Below are positions 37,930 to 53,412 of a stretch of 64,000 bases of DNA, one piece after another; positions within the stretch are counted from its first letter, which is position 1, and every line of letters starts with the position of its first letter. Both the position numbers and the translations under genes were made by a program. The DNA lies in assembly GCA_043812655.1 (NCBI GenBank), contig JBDRLW010000030.1, positions 39,829 to 103,828 on the forward strand, written 5' to 3'. Below the pieces are notes generated by a model. That model was not told the origin of the DNA. It searched no databases and worked only from the letters and a program-made list of their open reading frames with translations. The stretch is from a bacterium (lineage in GTDB: Bacteria > Margulisbacteria > WOR-1 > O2-12-FULL-45-9 > XYB2-FULL-48-7).

Positions 37930-38231
37930 TTTAGGCTCTTTTGGTACTCGGCTTTTTCTTTTTCTGCCTCTTTTGGGAAAATCACTATATCTATGTTTTT
38001 GGTCATATTATGCTTAATATCTTTATATGCGCTCACTATCCGTCGACGAGTCTTGTTCCTTTTTACCGCGTTACCAAGTGCTTTTTTACAAACCACGACC
38101 AACCTAGAAAGCCTCTGGTTGTTTCTGGCGGCCACGATGTAGAGTAGGGGGGTTGAGAATTGAAACTGTTTTTTCCTGATGATCGCTTTGATTTGCGCGC
38201 CGCTAGCGATTCGCTCGTCCCTAGGGAGCAA
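37911..38231 (-). CDS. rnpA: ribonuclease P protein component
   Basis: RnpA-like basic protein positioned between rpmH and yidD. Confidence 0.8.
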   Translation of the reverse strand: MLPRDERIASGAQIKAIIRKKQFQFSTPLLYIVAARNNQRLSRLVVVCKKALGNAVKRNKTRRRIVSAYKDIKHNMTKNIDIVIFPKEAEKEKAEYQKSLKCLNIS

Positions 38232-38361
38232 GCCGTTTCCGTCCCTTACGCCTTCTGCTCGATATCACCCGTCGTCCGCCTTTGGTTTTCATTTTAACCA
38301 AAAAGCCGTGCGTGGTTTTCTTTGCTTTTTTATGAGGCTGATATGTTCTTTTGGTCGACAT
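38221..38361 (-). CDS. rpmH: 50S ribosomal protein L34 (missed by the ORF track, which applies a 60-aa minimum)
   Basis: Minus-strand translation [46 protein letters not shown]. Confidence 0.92.
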   Translation of the reverse strand: MSTKRTYQPHKKAKKTTHGFLVKMKTKGGRRVISSRRRKGRKRLAP

Positions 38362-38428
38362 CGTCTTTAATTATACTTGTCTTCGCGTCTTGTGTCAACT
38401 TTTTCCTTATGCTATACTTTCCCTTCCC

Positions 38429-39799
38429 ATGACAGACATAGACATTTGTTCCATTTGGAACCAAGTTTTGCCGCTACTCGAAAAAAGCCTGAACCGGCCG
38501 ATCTACGAAGCGCTTCTTTCCGGCGCTAAGCCGCAAGCCTTTGATGGCGGGGTTTTTGAGGTGGCGGTCCCTAATCAACTGGTAAAAGATTGGCTCTCAA
38601 AGTATTGCATTACCCTGCTCGAGCAAGAGTTGCAGGCCTTTTTACCTGAGGTCAAGAAGGTAAATTTTTTTGTCGGTGCCGAAGCACTTTTCTCAACGCC
38701 TATCTGTGACCCAAAAGCGCCGGAAATCCCGACCAAAAAACCGACCCAGCCTTTAAATCTATATTTAAATGCGCGGTATACTTTTGAAAATTTTGTCGTC
38801 GGCCACGGCAATCGTTTTGCCCACGCCGCCGCCGGCGCTGTGGCCGAAAGCCCCGCCACTGCCTACAACCCCTTCTTTTTATATGGCGGAGTAGGGCTGG
38901 GAAAGACCCACCTGATGCAAGCGATCGGTAATCGGGTCGTATTAAAAAACCCAAACGCAAAGATATTATATACAACCTCTGAGACTTTTACGAACGAGCT
39001 TATCGCCTCTATCCGCGAAGATAAAACCATCCAATTTAGGAACAAATACCGGAACATAGATGTTTTAATGGTTGACGACGTCCAGTTTATCGCCGGCAAA
39101 GAGCGGACACAGGAAGAGTTTTTTCACACCTTTAACGCTCTTTACGAGTCTAATAAACAGATAGTCTTGAGCTCCGACCGACCGCCAAAAGAGATGCTGA
39201 CCTTGGAAGAACGTCTTCGCTCCCGTTTTGAATGGGGACTAACCGCCGACGTTCAGGCCCCAGACTTTGAAACTAGGATAGCTATCTTACAAAAAAAGGC
39301 GGAGATCTCTGGGGTTGTCGTTTCCGATGAGGTGCTGGCCCACATCGCTGCCAAGATCGTCTCCAATATCCGTAAGCTTGAAGGGGCGCTGATCCGGGTC
39401 GTGGCGTTTGCCTCATTAAGCGGAAAAGAGATCGATTTGCCACTGGTTGAAGCTGTTTTAAAAGATTTTGCAACCACCGAAAAAGCGACCTTAAGTATTT
39501 CTATCGATCTGATAAAAAAAACCGTAGCCGAACATTACGGCGTTGCGATCGATGATCTTTCGGCCAAAACCAGGCTGCAAAAGATCGCCTTAGCCAGACA
39601 AGTGGCAATGTATATTACCAGGGAGCTTACCAGCGCTTCTCTTCCAAAGATCGGCGCCGAGTTTGGCGGAAGGGACCATACGACCGTGCTACACGCTTAT
39701 GAGAAAATTAAGGCCGACAAAAGGTCCCAATTTGAATTAGCTGACGCAATCAAGGACATATCGGCTACTGTTAAGAAATACACAACAGCCTCTGTTTAA
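38429..39799 (+). CDS. dnaA: chromosomal replication initiator protein
   Basis: Walker A GGVGLGKTHL, box VII, and C-terminal HTH (…GGRDHTTVLHA…). Start placed at MTDIDICSIWNQV; the upstream 26 codons look like an extension. Confidence 0.92.
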   Translation: MTDIDICSIWNQVLPLLEKSLNRPIYEALLSGAKPQAFDGGVFEVAVPNQLVKDWLSKYCITLLEQELQAFLPEVKKVNFFVGAEALFSTPICDPKAPEIPTKKPTQPLNLYLNARYTFENFVVGHGNRFAHAAAGAVAESPATAYNPFFLYGGVGLGKTHLMQAIGNRVVLKNPNAKILYTTSETFTNELIASIREDKTIQFRNKYRNIDVLMVDDVQFIAGKERTQEEFFHTFNALYESNKQIVLSSDRPPKEMLTLEERLRSRFEWGLTADVQAPDFETRIAILQKKAEISGVVVSDEVLAHIAAKIVSNIRKLEGALIRVVAFASLSGKEIDLPLVEAVLKDFATTEKATLSISIDLIKKTVAEHYGVAIDDLSAKTRLQKIALARQVAMYITRELTSASLPKIGAEFGGRDHTTVLHAYEKIKADKRSQFELADAIKDISATVKKYTTASV

Positions 39800-39982
39800 A
39801 ACTTTTTTTATTTGTTTTATACACAATGATAAAGGACAGGGGTTGATAACTTTCTAAAACTTTTGCTGTTATTAAAAGAATTAAAATGGTTATTAACATA
39901 TCAACAAACTCTTTTACTACTATTTCTTTTTATACTATAATTATAGGGGATAAAAACTTGTTAATAACTAAGAGGGGGGATT
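39800..39982. other. candidate oriC: AT-rich dnaA-dnaN intergenic region with at least 5 degenerate DnaA boxes
   Basis: TTATACACA (39816), GGTTGATAA (39841), TTATTAACA (39890), ATATCAACA (39899) and AGGGGATAA (39944) each differ from TTATCCACA/TGTGGATAA by 2 positions or fewer. About 75% AT. Confidence 0.45.
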
Positions 39983-41121
39983 ATGGAATTTAGTTGTGAT
40001 AAAAAAGAATTGCAGGCTGGAGTTTCAACGGTTGAAAGGATAGTTGCGACAAGAAGCACGCTGCCAATAATAGGAAATATTCTTTTTGAAGCTTCAAAAA
40101 ACGGATTAAAACTATCAGCGAATAATTTAGAAATAGGGATAGAATTAGGGATAAAGGCAAGCGTTAATAAGGAAGGGGCGATTCTTTTGCCGGCAAAGAC
40201 CTTAAGCGGCATTGTATCAAAATTACCGGAAACGGCGGTTAGTTTTAAGCTAGCAGAAAATGGGACAATGAAAATTTCTTACGACCAGTCGCAATTTAAT
40301 CTCCATTCTCTGCCGCCAGACGAGTTTCCGGCGCTGGCAAAAGTTAAAGAAGGAAAAAGCTTTTCCGTTGATCCAGATGTTTTTGTATCAATGGTGAAAC
40401 AGACCATCTTTTCTGTGTCCAGCAGCGAAGAAAAATATGTTTTAACTGGTATTTTACTCGAAGTCGGCAGAAGCCATCTATCCGGTGATCAATCAAATAT
40501 TAGAATGGTTGCGACCGATGGTTATCGCCTGGCAAAAAGAAGCGAAAAGATCGAGACAAAAGGGGACCAAGTAATTAATTTGATAGTTCCAGCAAGAGCT
40601 CTATCGGAAGCTGTAAAAATGGTTGAAATGGGAAAAGGGACAGATTTAAAAATTACCGCTTCAACAGAACAGATCAGCTTCAGATATGGAGAGGCCTTTG
40701 TTGTTTCCAGGTTGATACAAGGGCAATTTCCCGATTATAAACAGGTAATACCAAAAAAGAGCGTAACAAAGGTCACAATAAAAACGAAAGAGTTTTTAAA
40801 AGCGGCAGAGAGGGCAGCCGTTATAGCCTCTGGTTCTGCCAATGTGACGGCGTTCGAAGTAAAAAACGGGAAGCTATATTTAACAGCCAATACGCCCGAT
40901 GTTGGCAATGTTACCGAAGTGATCAGCGCCGAAATAAAAGGCGGAGAAAAGGCGAGGGCCTCTTTTAATATCCGCTTGATAACGGACGTCTTGAATGCGA
41001 TCGGAACAGAAAAAGTTATAATTGAACTTGGCGAGGGTTTAAGTCCAGGGGTAATTAGGCCGGAAGGTAATACAGATTATTTATATATTGTAATGCCGAT
41101 CAGGACACAAGAGGCTGGCTA

Positions 41122-41122
<1 letters not shown>
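39983..41122 (+). CDS. dnaN: DNA polymerase III beta sliding clamp
   Basis: 379 aa; typical three-domain clamp (…MVATDGYRLA…). Confidence 0.92.
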
Positions 41123-45942
<4,820 letters not shown>

Positions 45943-45946
<4 letters not shown>

Positions 45947-46371
45947 TTTTTACCGGCAGCTCTTAAAGCGTTAAGGATCGCGTCACTGTCCATATAGCCT
46001 TCGTGTTTGATCAAGACGCGACCGCCGGCGGTCTTGATGATGACAGAGGGGATGGAGTTAACCCCATAAAAAGCGGCGACCTCGGGGTCTCTGGCAACAT
46101 CGATGTTTTTGAAGCGGGCAACTTGGCCAGCTTGTTTTTCCAGTTCGGAAGCGACAAAGAGCGCCAGATCAGACTCCCCGTCCCCTTTTTGGAAGAGCGT
46201 GACAACCTCTGGCAGGCTTTTCCTGTTTTCCTGGCTAGAGGGAGAGGCCTTTTTCTCTTCAATCGTTGTAGTAGAGGAAGCCGGAACATTGTCAGGCCTA
46301 GGGCCAAGGGTCAAGGCGAACAAAAAACCGGCCGCGACAACGACAGCTAAAACCAAAAATAGTTTTTTCAT
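45943..46371 (-). CDS. secreted thioredoxin-fold protein lacking the CxxC motif
   Basis: Signal peptide [19 protein letters not shown]. Trx-like …[13 protein letters not shown]… but no cysteines. Confidence 0.5.
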
Positions 46372-46427
46372 ATGGAAGATTATAGCAAAAATAGGTTTGT
46401 TGTGGTAGTATAGCCTGCAAATAAAAA

Positions 46428-47003
46428 ATGCGGCAAAGACAAAAAGCAAAAAAAAGTAAATTTAAGATCCCTAAAAAGGCAAAACAGGTTTTGGTTTTTG
46501 CCGGGCTGGTAGCCTTGGTGATTTTAGGCCTAAACATTTTTTTTAAACTGCAAACCGAAGAGCCCAGAGCAAAACCAAGGGAAACAACAAAAAACGCCTT
46601 AACAAGGGTTTATTTTATTAAAGAGGGCAGGGTCGCCCCGGTTGTTAGAGAGCTAGCCCCCGACGAAAACCCGCTAAGGAAAGTAATTAACGAATTACTA
46701 AAAGGCCCAACGAACGAGGAAAGGAAGGAAGGCTACATAACAGGGATACCAAAGGAGTGCCGGGCCTTGAACATAACGGTAAATGGAGGCGCGGCGCAAA
46801 TAATATTTAATCAAAAACTAGAAGAATTTAGCGGAGGTGCCGGCAAGGTGGAAACGATGCTGGCACAAATTGTTTACACCGCGACAGAAATCCCAGGGAT
46901 AAATAAAGTATTAATAAAAATTAAAGGCAGAAGCGAAATCGTTTTAGGGGGGGAGGGGTTGGTTTTGGATCGGCCGCTCTCAAGAAGCGAGCTTCTCCGC
47001 TAA
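46428..47003 (+). CDS. membrane-anchored GerMN-domain protein
   Basis: N-terminal TM, then …[15 protein letters not shown]…GITGIP… typical of GerMN. Confidence 0.65.
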   Translation: MRQRQKAKKSKFKIPKKAKQVLVFAGLVALVILGLNIFFKLQTEEPRAKPRETTKNALTRVYFIKEGRVAPVVRELAPDENPLRKVINELLKGPTNEERKEGYITGIPKECRALNITVNGGAAQIIFNQKLEEFSGGAGKVETMLAQIVYTATEIPGINKVLIKIKGRSEIVLGGEGLVLDRPLSRSELLR

Positions 47004-48143
47004 TTTATCCAGCTCGGCTTTACCGACCAATTCAGTTACACAAATTATCTTGCCGCTAGGCTTAACAGCAAACTCTTTAAAGCTCGGGGTGTTGGGCCAG
47101 AGAACCTTAGTCCCTAGCTTTGCTTTTAAGTAATTAGATTTTTGCAGGCAAAGCTCGGCAACTTTACGTAAACCCTGCTTTCCCATGAGCGACAAATAGA
47201 CGCAGGCGGCCAAAGCGCAGAGCGCTTCGTTGCTACAAATATTTGAAGTCGCTTTTTCTCGCCTGATATGTTGTTCCCTGGTCGACATGGTTAAGACAAA
47301 CCCGCGCCTCCCATTTGAGTCAACGGTCCCTCCCACAATTCTCCCCGGCATTTGCCGGAGATATTCTTTTTTTGTCGCAAAAATCCCGAGCCCTGGCCCG
47401 CCAAAGCTTTGCGGGTTGCCGAGAGCTTGCCCTTCGCCGACGACAATGTCGGCCCCGTAGCTTCCCGGCGCTTTCAGAAGCCCAAGAGAAATAGGATCGA
47501 CGGAAGCAATGAATAAGGCTCCGGCGGAATGAACCAAGTCGGCTAGCCCATTAGCCGGTTCGATATTACCAAAATAGTTTGGTTGTTGAAGAATGAAACA
47601 GGATGAGTTGGGATTTAGGAGTCTTGAGTCCAGAGAAGATAATCCAGTTTTCTGGTCAAAAGGAACCTCGATCAAGGTTAAATCGGCAGCGCGGCAGTAA
47701 GTCCTTAGAACCTGAAGATAGTTAGGATTAACGGCGGAGGAGATGACGACTTCAGTCCGGCCAGTGATCCGACAAGCCATCAAAGCGGCCTCGGCCATGG
47801 CCGTTGCCCCGTCGTACATAGAAGCGTTGGCGACATCCATCCCGGTCAAGTCGCAAGCCATCGATTGATACTCATAGATCGCCTGGAGGGTCCCTTGGCT
47901 GGCTTCGGGTTGATAGGGAGTATAAGCCGTATAAAATTCAGAACGACCAATAATATGTTTTACCGCGCTCGGAATAAAATGTTGATACGAGCCGCCGCCC
48001 AAAAAAGGCGAGGCCAGTTGATTTTTTTTACTTTGAGCGATGAGCTCGGCCAGCAATTCCGGCTCACTTAATGGTGCGGGAATATCTAATTGTTTTTTTG
48101 AGCGAACTTTGGCTGGGATTCCGGCAAAAAGATCGGCGCCCAC
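46980..48143 (-). CDS. gcvPA: glycine dehydrogenase (decarboxylating) subunit 1
   Basis: Conserved …[10 protein letters not shown]…YTPYQPE… N-terminal region of P-protein subunit 1. Confidence 0.85.
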   Translation of the reverse strand: MGADLFAGIPAKVRSKKQLDIPAPLSEPELLAELIAQSKKNQLASPFLGGGSYQHFIPSAVKHIIGRSEFYTAYTPYQPEASQGTLQAIYEYQSMACDLTGMDVANASMYDGATAMAEAALMACRITGRTEVVISSAVNPNYLQVLRTYCRAADLTLIEVPFDQKTGLSSLDSRLLNPNSSCFILQQPNYFGNIEPANGLADLVHSAGALFIASVDPISLGLLKAPGSYGADIVVGEGQALGNPQSFGGPGLGIFATKKEYLRQMPGRIVGGTVDSNGRRGFVLTMSTREQHIRREKATSNICSNEALCALAACVYLSLMGKQGLRKVAELCLQKSNYLKAKLGTKVLWPNTPSFKEFAVKPSGKIICVTELVGKAELDKLAEKLAS

Positions 48144-48144
48144 T

Positions 48145-48522
48145 TTACTTTAAGGTCTTCTGGTAGTCGGCAGAGGACAAAAGATCTTTTATATCAGCCG
48201 GGCTACTCATTTCAACCTTAATGATCCAGCCATCACCATAAGGGGAGCTGTTGATCAACTCTGGCTTTTTATCGAGGGCTTCATTTCTGGCCACCACTTT
48301 TCCAGAAACCGGGGCATAAAGGCTAGAAACTGATTTTACCGATTCAACAACGCCAAACTCTTGCGCGGCCTGCAATTCTTTTCCCAGAGGAGGGAGTTCA
48401 ACGTAAACGACATCACCAAGGGAATCTTGAGCGTAATGAGTTATCCCGACCGTCGCGACATTGCCGTCGGCCTTGACCCACTCGTGTTCCTTGCTATATT
48501 TCAAGTTTTCCGGACAAGACAT
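48145..48522 (-). CDS. gcvH: glycine cleavage system H protein
   Basis: …EHEWVK…[16 protein letters not shown]… lipoyl-Lys region. Start placed at MSCPENLKY with a GAAAGGA RBS. Confidence 0.85.
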   Translation of the reverse strand: MSCPENLKYSKEHEWVKADGNVATVGITHYAQDSLGDVVYVELPPLGKELQAAQEFGVVESVKSVSSLYAPVSGKVVARNEALDKKPELINSSPYGDGWIIKVEMSSPADIKDLLSSADYQKTLK

Positions 48523-48526
48523 TAAG

Positions 48527-48820
48527 TTATCCTTTCTCGATTTTTTCGACTTTAAGCCGGGCGTAGCCAAAAAGCAGGCCCGAAACCAAGATCCTTGCAA
48601 GGCTGTCAGACAAACGATCATAGAGGATCTTTTTCTGGTAATATGTTTCAAGTGAAGGAGCGCTGTCTTTATCAAAAGAACCGGCTGAATCGGCGACCGT
48701 TGAAACCGGGTGGTTAAAAAGAAGCCCGACGCCAGCTCCGGCAAAATCAATTACCCCCCACAGCAAAACAAAAAGAGCGGCAAGGCAGATGATGTAATAA
48801 TAGGTTTTCTTGAGGTCCAT
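48527..48820 (-). CDS. small membrane protein (2 TM) between gcvT and gcvH
   Basis: Hydrophobic N- and C-termini. Fills the gap in the operon. Confidence 0.4.
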   Translation of the reverse strand: MDLKKTYYYIICLAALFVLLWGVIDFAGAGVGLLFNHPVSTVADSAGSFDKDSAPSLETYYQKKILYDRLSDSLARILVSGLLFGYARLKVEKIEKG

Positions 48821-48827
48821 GTAGGTA

Positions 48828-49895
48828 TTATTTTACTCTTTTGTAGAAGGCTTTGTCAACGACGCGGGCGGGGCGCTTTTCGCCGCGTATCAGGATGGAA
48901 CCCTCTTTAGCTTCGGAGTTCAAATAGGCTAGAGCGATCGGTTTTTTAAGCGTTGGCGAAAAAGTCCCGCTGGTTACTTTGCCTAACGGCTCCGAACTCC
49001 CAGCTCCAAACACCAAGCTCCCTTCCCTGGGGATCGCTCGTCCCTCTAGGGAGATGCCAACTAATATTTTCTTTAAACCAGCCTCTTTTTCTTTAACCAA
49101 GGCCTCTCGCCCAATAAAATCACCTTTATTAAGCTTTACCGCCCAAGAGTACCCGGCTTCTAGCGGCGTTGTTTCTTCATTATATTCATGGCCATATAAT
49201 GGTAGGCCGGCCTCAAGCCTTAACGTGTCACGGGCGCCTAAACCGCAAGGTTGAACGCCTTGGTCGATAAAGCTTTGCCAAATATTGGCGACCTCTTTTT
49301 TGGCCGCGAACATTTCTACCCCATCCTCACCAGTATATCCGGTCCGGGATAAAATAATGTCGCGCCACCAGAGGGTATGATTACGTGCCAAGGAGGAAAG
49401 TGAGAGGTGAAAAGTTTTTTCAACTACTTTAACAGCCTCTGGCCCTTGTAGTGAAAGGGCGCAATAATTCTCATAGAGCCCGATGTTTAGCCCGGACGAG
49501 TTTTTCTTTAGCCAGGCCAGGACTTTGTCGGTGTTGCTGGCGTTGGCGATTATCATATAAAGCATTGGCAAGCGATAGACCAAAATATCGTCGACAACCC
49601 CGCCGTTATCATTACACAAAACAGAATATTGGCAAGAATTTATTTCGAGCTTTGAAGCGTCATTGGTGGCAACTTTTTGGATAAAAGGGAGGGCTCCGTC
49701 GCCTTCGATCTTGATCAGTCCCATATGGCCGATGTCAAAGAGCCCGAGAGAATTTCTGACGGCATTATGTTCAGCAATAATACCCTGGGGGTAGGAAACG
49801 GGCATCTCCCAGCCGCCAAAAGGGACCATTTTGGCCCCCAAATCAACATGTTTTTGAAAAAGAGGAGTTCTTTTAAGGTTTTCCATGGCTAACAA
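48828..49895 (-). CDS. gcvT: glycine cleavage system aminomethyltransferase
   Basis: …RTPLFQKHVDLGAKMVPFGGWEMPVSY… GcvT N-terminus. Confidence 0.9.
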   Translation of the reverse strand: MLAMENLKRTPLFQKHVDLGAKMVPFGGWEMPVSYPQGIIAEHNAVRNSLGLFDIGHMGLIKIEGDGALPFIQKVATNDASKLEINSCQYSVLCNDNGGVVDDILVYRLPMLYMIIANASNTDKVLAWLKKNSSGLNIGLYENYCALSLQGPEAVKVVEKTFHLSLSSLARNHTLWWRDIILSRTGYTGEDGVEMFAAKKEVANIWQSFIDQGVQPCGLGARDTLRLEAGLPLYGHEYNEETTPLEAGYSWAVKLNKGDFIGREALVKEKEAGLKKILVGISLEGRAIPREGSLVFGAGSSEPLGKVTSGTFSPTLKKPIALAYLNSEAKEGSILIRGEKRPARVVDKAFYKRVK

Positions 49896-49963
49896 AAAGA
49901 TATTAGCACAAAAACAACCCAGGCAAAAGTGAAATTATTGCCAAAAAATGACGATAATAATGC

Positions 49964-50851
49964 ATGGGAATCGTTTCAGTCGCAATAAAAGCAAGAGGTT
50001 TTTTTTGGGAAGGGATTGCTGTAACAACCGGCAAAGCTCCCTTGGCAAGGCTAAGAGGAAGCGACCTTATAAATAAATTATTTACCCATAAAGCAAAGTT
50101 AGCCCAGATTCCTATTTTTGGACATCAAGGGAAAGTGTTTGTGCGGGTTCAGGCTTACGAGGTTAGCCATAAAGCATTGAAACGGCTAGGGCTTAACAAC
50201 AGCTTACTAAAAAATGGGCCCTTGGTTTGCGTATTAAAGAAAGACCAATATAATAAATATTGTCTAGCGATTGGAGCGGACCCAAGTCAATTGGCCGGCG
50301 TTTATGGTCCAAAAGGAATCAAAGAGCAAGAAGAGGTCGACGGGGGGGCGCGAACCTATTTGACCTTTAACGCCAGAAAGATATTTGTTCCTGAGGACGT
50401 AGATTTCCTTACTCTTTGCCACGAAGTGCTGCACGATTATTTTATGAATTTTTTTGATACGCCGCTAGCCGGCAAAACAGATACACAGAGGAACAGAGAT
50501 TTTTATACCCAGTTGATCATACAAGAGGTAAGAAGGTCGGCTGATAAGTCAAAAAAACCTAGGGGTGTTTCGGTAGAGGAACAATTTTTCCAAGAAGTAG
50601 CGGAGAGGTGCTCAACCAGATACGACCTAAAAAGCCTCATAGAAACACCCGTAGATGTTACCCGTGGCAGATGGGGGGATGTTAGATATGTGGCGCTTTC
50701 AAAAGAAACCCAGCTTTTTGTTCGAGAATGTTTTGCTTATGGCGGCGCGACCTTAGCGACAGAAAAAAAATGGGGAGGGGTTGGCGAGCAAGGGATGGGA
50801 AAAGTCCCCAAAGAACTAGAAATAGCGTTAAGAAAGGTCGTTCTTGCTTAA
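49964..50851 (+). CDS. uncharacterised protein, paralog A (295 aa), contains HEVLH (HExxH)
   Basis: Alignable by eye with the downstream ORF (…LVCVLKKDQY…VPEDVDFLTLCHEVLHDYF…ECFAYGGATLA…). Confidence 0.55.
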   Translation: MGIVSVAIKARGFFWEGIAVTTGKAPLARLRGSDLINKLFTHKAKLAQIPIFGHQGKVFVRVQAYEVSHKALKRLGLNNSLLKNGPLVCVLKKDQYNKYCLAIGADPSQLAGVYGPKGIKEQEEVDGGARTYLTFNARKIFVPEDVDFLTLCHEVLHDYFMNFFDTPLAGKTDTQRNRDFYTQLIIQEVRRSADKSKKPRGVSVEEQFFQEVAERCSTRYDLKSLIETPVDVTRGRWGDVRYVALSKETQLFVRECFAYGGATLATEKKWGGVGEQGMGKVPKELEIALRKVVLA

Positions 50852-50918
50852 AGCCAAGAAATATATAAATTCTAAAACAACCTGAAATTATTTTAAAATT
50901 ACTACGATACAAGGTCAA

Positions 50919-51620
50919 ATGCACGCAAGTAAAATTTCTCTTCCACGGACAATAATTAATTTTTTGACAGGACGAACAATAAACGCGAATTTAAGGGGAA
51001 TAGAATTGTTTGGCAGATTATTTGCTTCTGTCCCCAATAGATCAGGAATATACACAAAAGAAGAAGGAGTCCAACGACTTTCCATAGAGGTTCTGATTTT
51101 TCACATTAATGGCCCAGTCGCAAAGCTTTTAGGGATCAAAAAAGAATGGCTTGAGCCGGGGATATATGTTTGTGTGGCAAAAAAAGAAGGCCATGACGGC
51201 TTTGTTTCCGGACATTGGCTAGCAAGACATGGTTCTGCCGGTAGCCAAGTTGACACAAAAATAGAATCAAGACAGGTCTTAATTCCAGATGATGCGGACA
51301 TGAGAACATTGTGCCACGCGATTTTGCTCGATGGTTTTAACAATGCTAAAGAAGAAAGTCTGAATTTTAGGGGCGCTCCCTTTGCTTATTTGGTTGCGGA
51401 GGCAGTTAACGCACAAGCAGGGATTAGATTTTTTAACGAAGTTTCAAGGCGAAGCGGCACTCCCCTAAACCCAGAAAGTTCAGCTTTTATTGCCGAGTCT
51501 TTTGCTTACGGCGGAACAAAGGTTTTAATGGCAAGGCTAGTTGGCGGAGAGGAAAAAAAATCAGTGAGCGAGGTGCCAGCAAGGCTAAGAAGGTTCTTCC
51601 TCAAGAATCTTTGCGCCTAA
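50919..51620 (+). CDS. uncharacterised protein, paralog B (233 aa), HExxH degenerated to HAILL
   Basis: …IYVCVAKKEGH…IPDDADMRTLCHAILLDGF…ESFAYGGTKVL…. Confidence 0.55.
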   Translation: MHASKISLPRTIINFLTGRTINANLRGIELFGRLFASVPNRSGIYTKEEGVQRLSIEVLIFHINGPVAKLLGIKKEWLEPGIYVCVAKKEGHDGFVSGHWLARHGSAGSQVDTKIESRQVLIPDDADMRTLCHAILLDGFNNAKEESLNFRGAPFAYLVAEAVNAQAGIRFFNEVSRRSGTPLNPESSAFIAESFAYGGTKVLMARLVGGEEKKSVSEVPARLRRFFLKNLCA

Positions 51621-51621
51621 A

Positions 51622-52680
51622 TTAACTAAGCGCGGCGATCAATTTTTCGTTCTGCTCTTTGGTCCCGATCGAAATCCGAATCGCTTGCGGAAAACCAAAA
51701 GAGGTAAGCGGCCGGATAATTATCCCTTTTTTCATCAGTGAAAGAAACATTTCATCGGCCGATTTTTTTATATCAACAAAAATAAAATTAGCTTCGGTCT
51801 TTTTATGGCTCAAACTAAGCTTATCAAGTTCCGCGTACAAACATTTTTTCCCTTCGATATTGTTCTGATAGGTTTTCTCCAAAAAGTCTTTATCTTCTAA
51901 GGCCGCGGCGGCGCCGACTTGCGCTAAGCGATTAACATTAAATGGCATTTTGGTTTTGAGCATTGGGGAGATCAACGCTTCTTTGGCTATCCCATAACCG
52001 ACACGGAGTCCAGCCAGGCCGTAATATTTGGAAAAGGTTCGTAAAACAAGAACATTCTTTCCCTCTTTTACATAATTAATGATATTTGGAAATTCCTTGC
52101 TCTCAACAAACCCAGCATAGGCCTCATCCACCACCACCAAAATGTTCTCCGGGACCTTCTGGATGAAGGAGTCGAATTGCTCGGCCGAAAAAATTGTGCC
52201 GGTCGGATTATTAGGGTTGGTCAAGAAAATGATTTTTGTTTTTTTGGTGATCGCCTTGGCGATATTGTCCAAACTAATTTCATTGTCCTTTAGATCAACT
52301 AAAACCAATTTTCCGCCAAAGATCCGCGTGACCAGCTCGTAAAGGCTAAAAGTATTTTTGGAGATAACCACTTCATCTCCAGGGTTTAAATAAGTTGAGG
52401 CCAGGACCTGCATAATATCATCCGAGCCATTGCCGCAAACAACCGAACGATCTGACACGCCAAGCTTTTTCGCTAGGGCTTCGCGCAGGAGCGTTGATTT
52501 TTGATCGGGATAAGTTTGTAATTTGCCGAGCTCGGCGGTAATTGCCGCCAAGGCTCTAGGGGAGGGCCCAAAAGGGTTTTCATTTGACGCGAGCTTAACG
52601 GCCCCAGGCTCGGTCGGTGTTTTTCCTGGAAGATATTCTTTGATCCCTTCGACTTCCGGCCGGATGAAATCTTTAGCCAT
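51622..52680 (-). CDS. hisC: histidinol-phosphate aminotransferase
   Basis: Class II aminotransferase; …YPDQ…, …LRTFSKYYGLAGLRVGY… PLP-Lys region. Confidence 0.85.
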   Translation of the reverse strand: MAKDFIRPEVEGIKEYLPGKTPTEPGAVKLASNENPFGPSPRALAAITAELGKLQTYPDQKSTLLREALAKKLGVSDRSVVCGNGSDDIMQVLASTYLNPGDEVVISKNTFSLYELVTRIFGGKLVLVDLKDNEISLDNIAKAITKKTKIIFLTNPNNPTGTIFSAEQFDSFIQKVPENILVVVDEAYAGFVESKEFPNIINYVKEGKNVLVLRTFSKYYGLAGLRVGYGIAKEALISPMLKTKMPFNVNRLAQVGAAAALEDKDFLEKTYQNNIEGKKCLYAELDKLSLSHKKTEANFIFVDIKKSADEMFLSLMKKGIIIRPLTSFGFPQAIRISIGTKEQNEKLIAALS

Positions 52681-53396
52681 TAAAAAGGGTTAGCCCAGGA
52701 GAAACCGATAGCGGCGGACCTGGCATCCTTAACCTGGGTTCCATTCAATAGATTTATCCCCGAAAGGGTGAGCGAGAAGATCGGGGTAAAGTAGATCTTG
52801 GCGCCAGCATTGACCTGGAATAGCGTTTCCCCCGCCATCATGTCGGCAAGTAAAAAGAAAGTGTCGGCCAGCGGAAATTCGACCCCGGCGATCCCCATGG
52901 GGCGGAATCTATTGTTAGGAAAATCAGCCATAAAACCAAAAGTAGCCTTTGGCCCTTGTTTGAAATATTTAGTTGCGACCATGTAAACATCTGTTTGGGT
53001 GTAAGAAAAAAGATTTTCGGTCCCTAGCGCTAAAAGGAGAGGATAGGTGTCATCCCCGCTGGAAAGAGAGAGCTTCATATTAACAAAAACCCCTTCACGC
53101 ATTTGTTTGGTGTTCTTATCTGTCCCGCCGACAACCCCCAGCTCCAAGCCATGGAAGGCGCCGATGTTCATGTTATAGCTGACCATTGATTCACCGGTCG
53201 CGCCACCATCAGGCATCGACTGGCCAAAGCTGCCGCCAACATTAAAATTTTTATATTCAATAATGTCGGCGGAGGGGATCCGGATCAAGCCTGTTGGGCC
53301 ATTAATGGCTTGGGAAGGAAAAACCTTAGGATAAGCCAGTGTCGCAGGCGAAATTAATAATAAGATAAACGAGAGGAACAAAAGTTTTTTTAGCAT
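52680..53396 (-). CDS. putative outer-membrane beta-barrel protein (signal peptide, C-terminal …WANPF)
   Basis: Signal peptide MLKKLLFLSFILLLISPATLA. Alternating beta-strand pattern and a C-terminal Phe. Confidence 0.55.
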   Translation of the reverse strand: MLKKLLFLSFILLLISPATLAYPKVFPSQAINGPTGLIRIPSADIIEYKNFNVGGSFGQSMPDGGATGESMVSYNMNIGAFHGLELGVVGGTDKNTKQMREGVFVNMKLSLSSGDDTYPLLLALGTENLFSYTQTDVYMVATKYFKQGPKATFGFMADFPNNRFRPMGIAGVEFPLADTFFLLADMMAGETLFQVNAGAKIYFTPIFSLTLSGINLLNGTQVKDARSAAIGFSWANPF

Positions 53397-53412
53397 GATG
53401 GCGCCCCCTTTA

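Noticed and set aside
38362-38428. rpmH-dnaA divergent spacer as the oriC location
   Set aside because: It is only about 67 bp with no DnaA-box-like 9-mers. The dnaA-dnaN spacer is a better candidate.
49896-49963. Possible glycine riboswitch upstream of gcvT
   Set aside because: Only about 68 nt are available between gcvT and the divergent gene. None of the conserved glycine-aptamer elements are visible on the minus strand, and it is too short for even a single aptamer.
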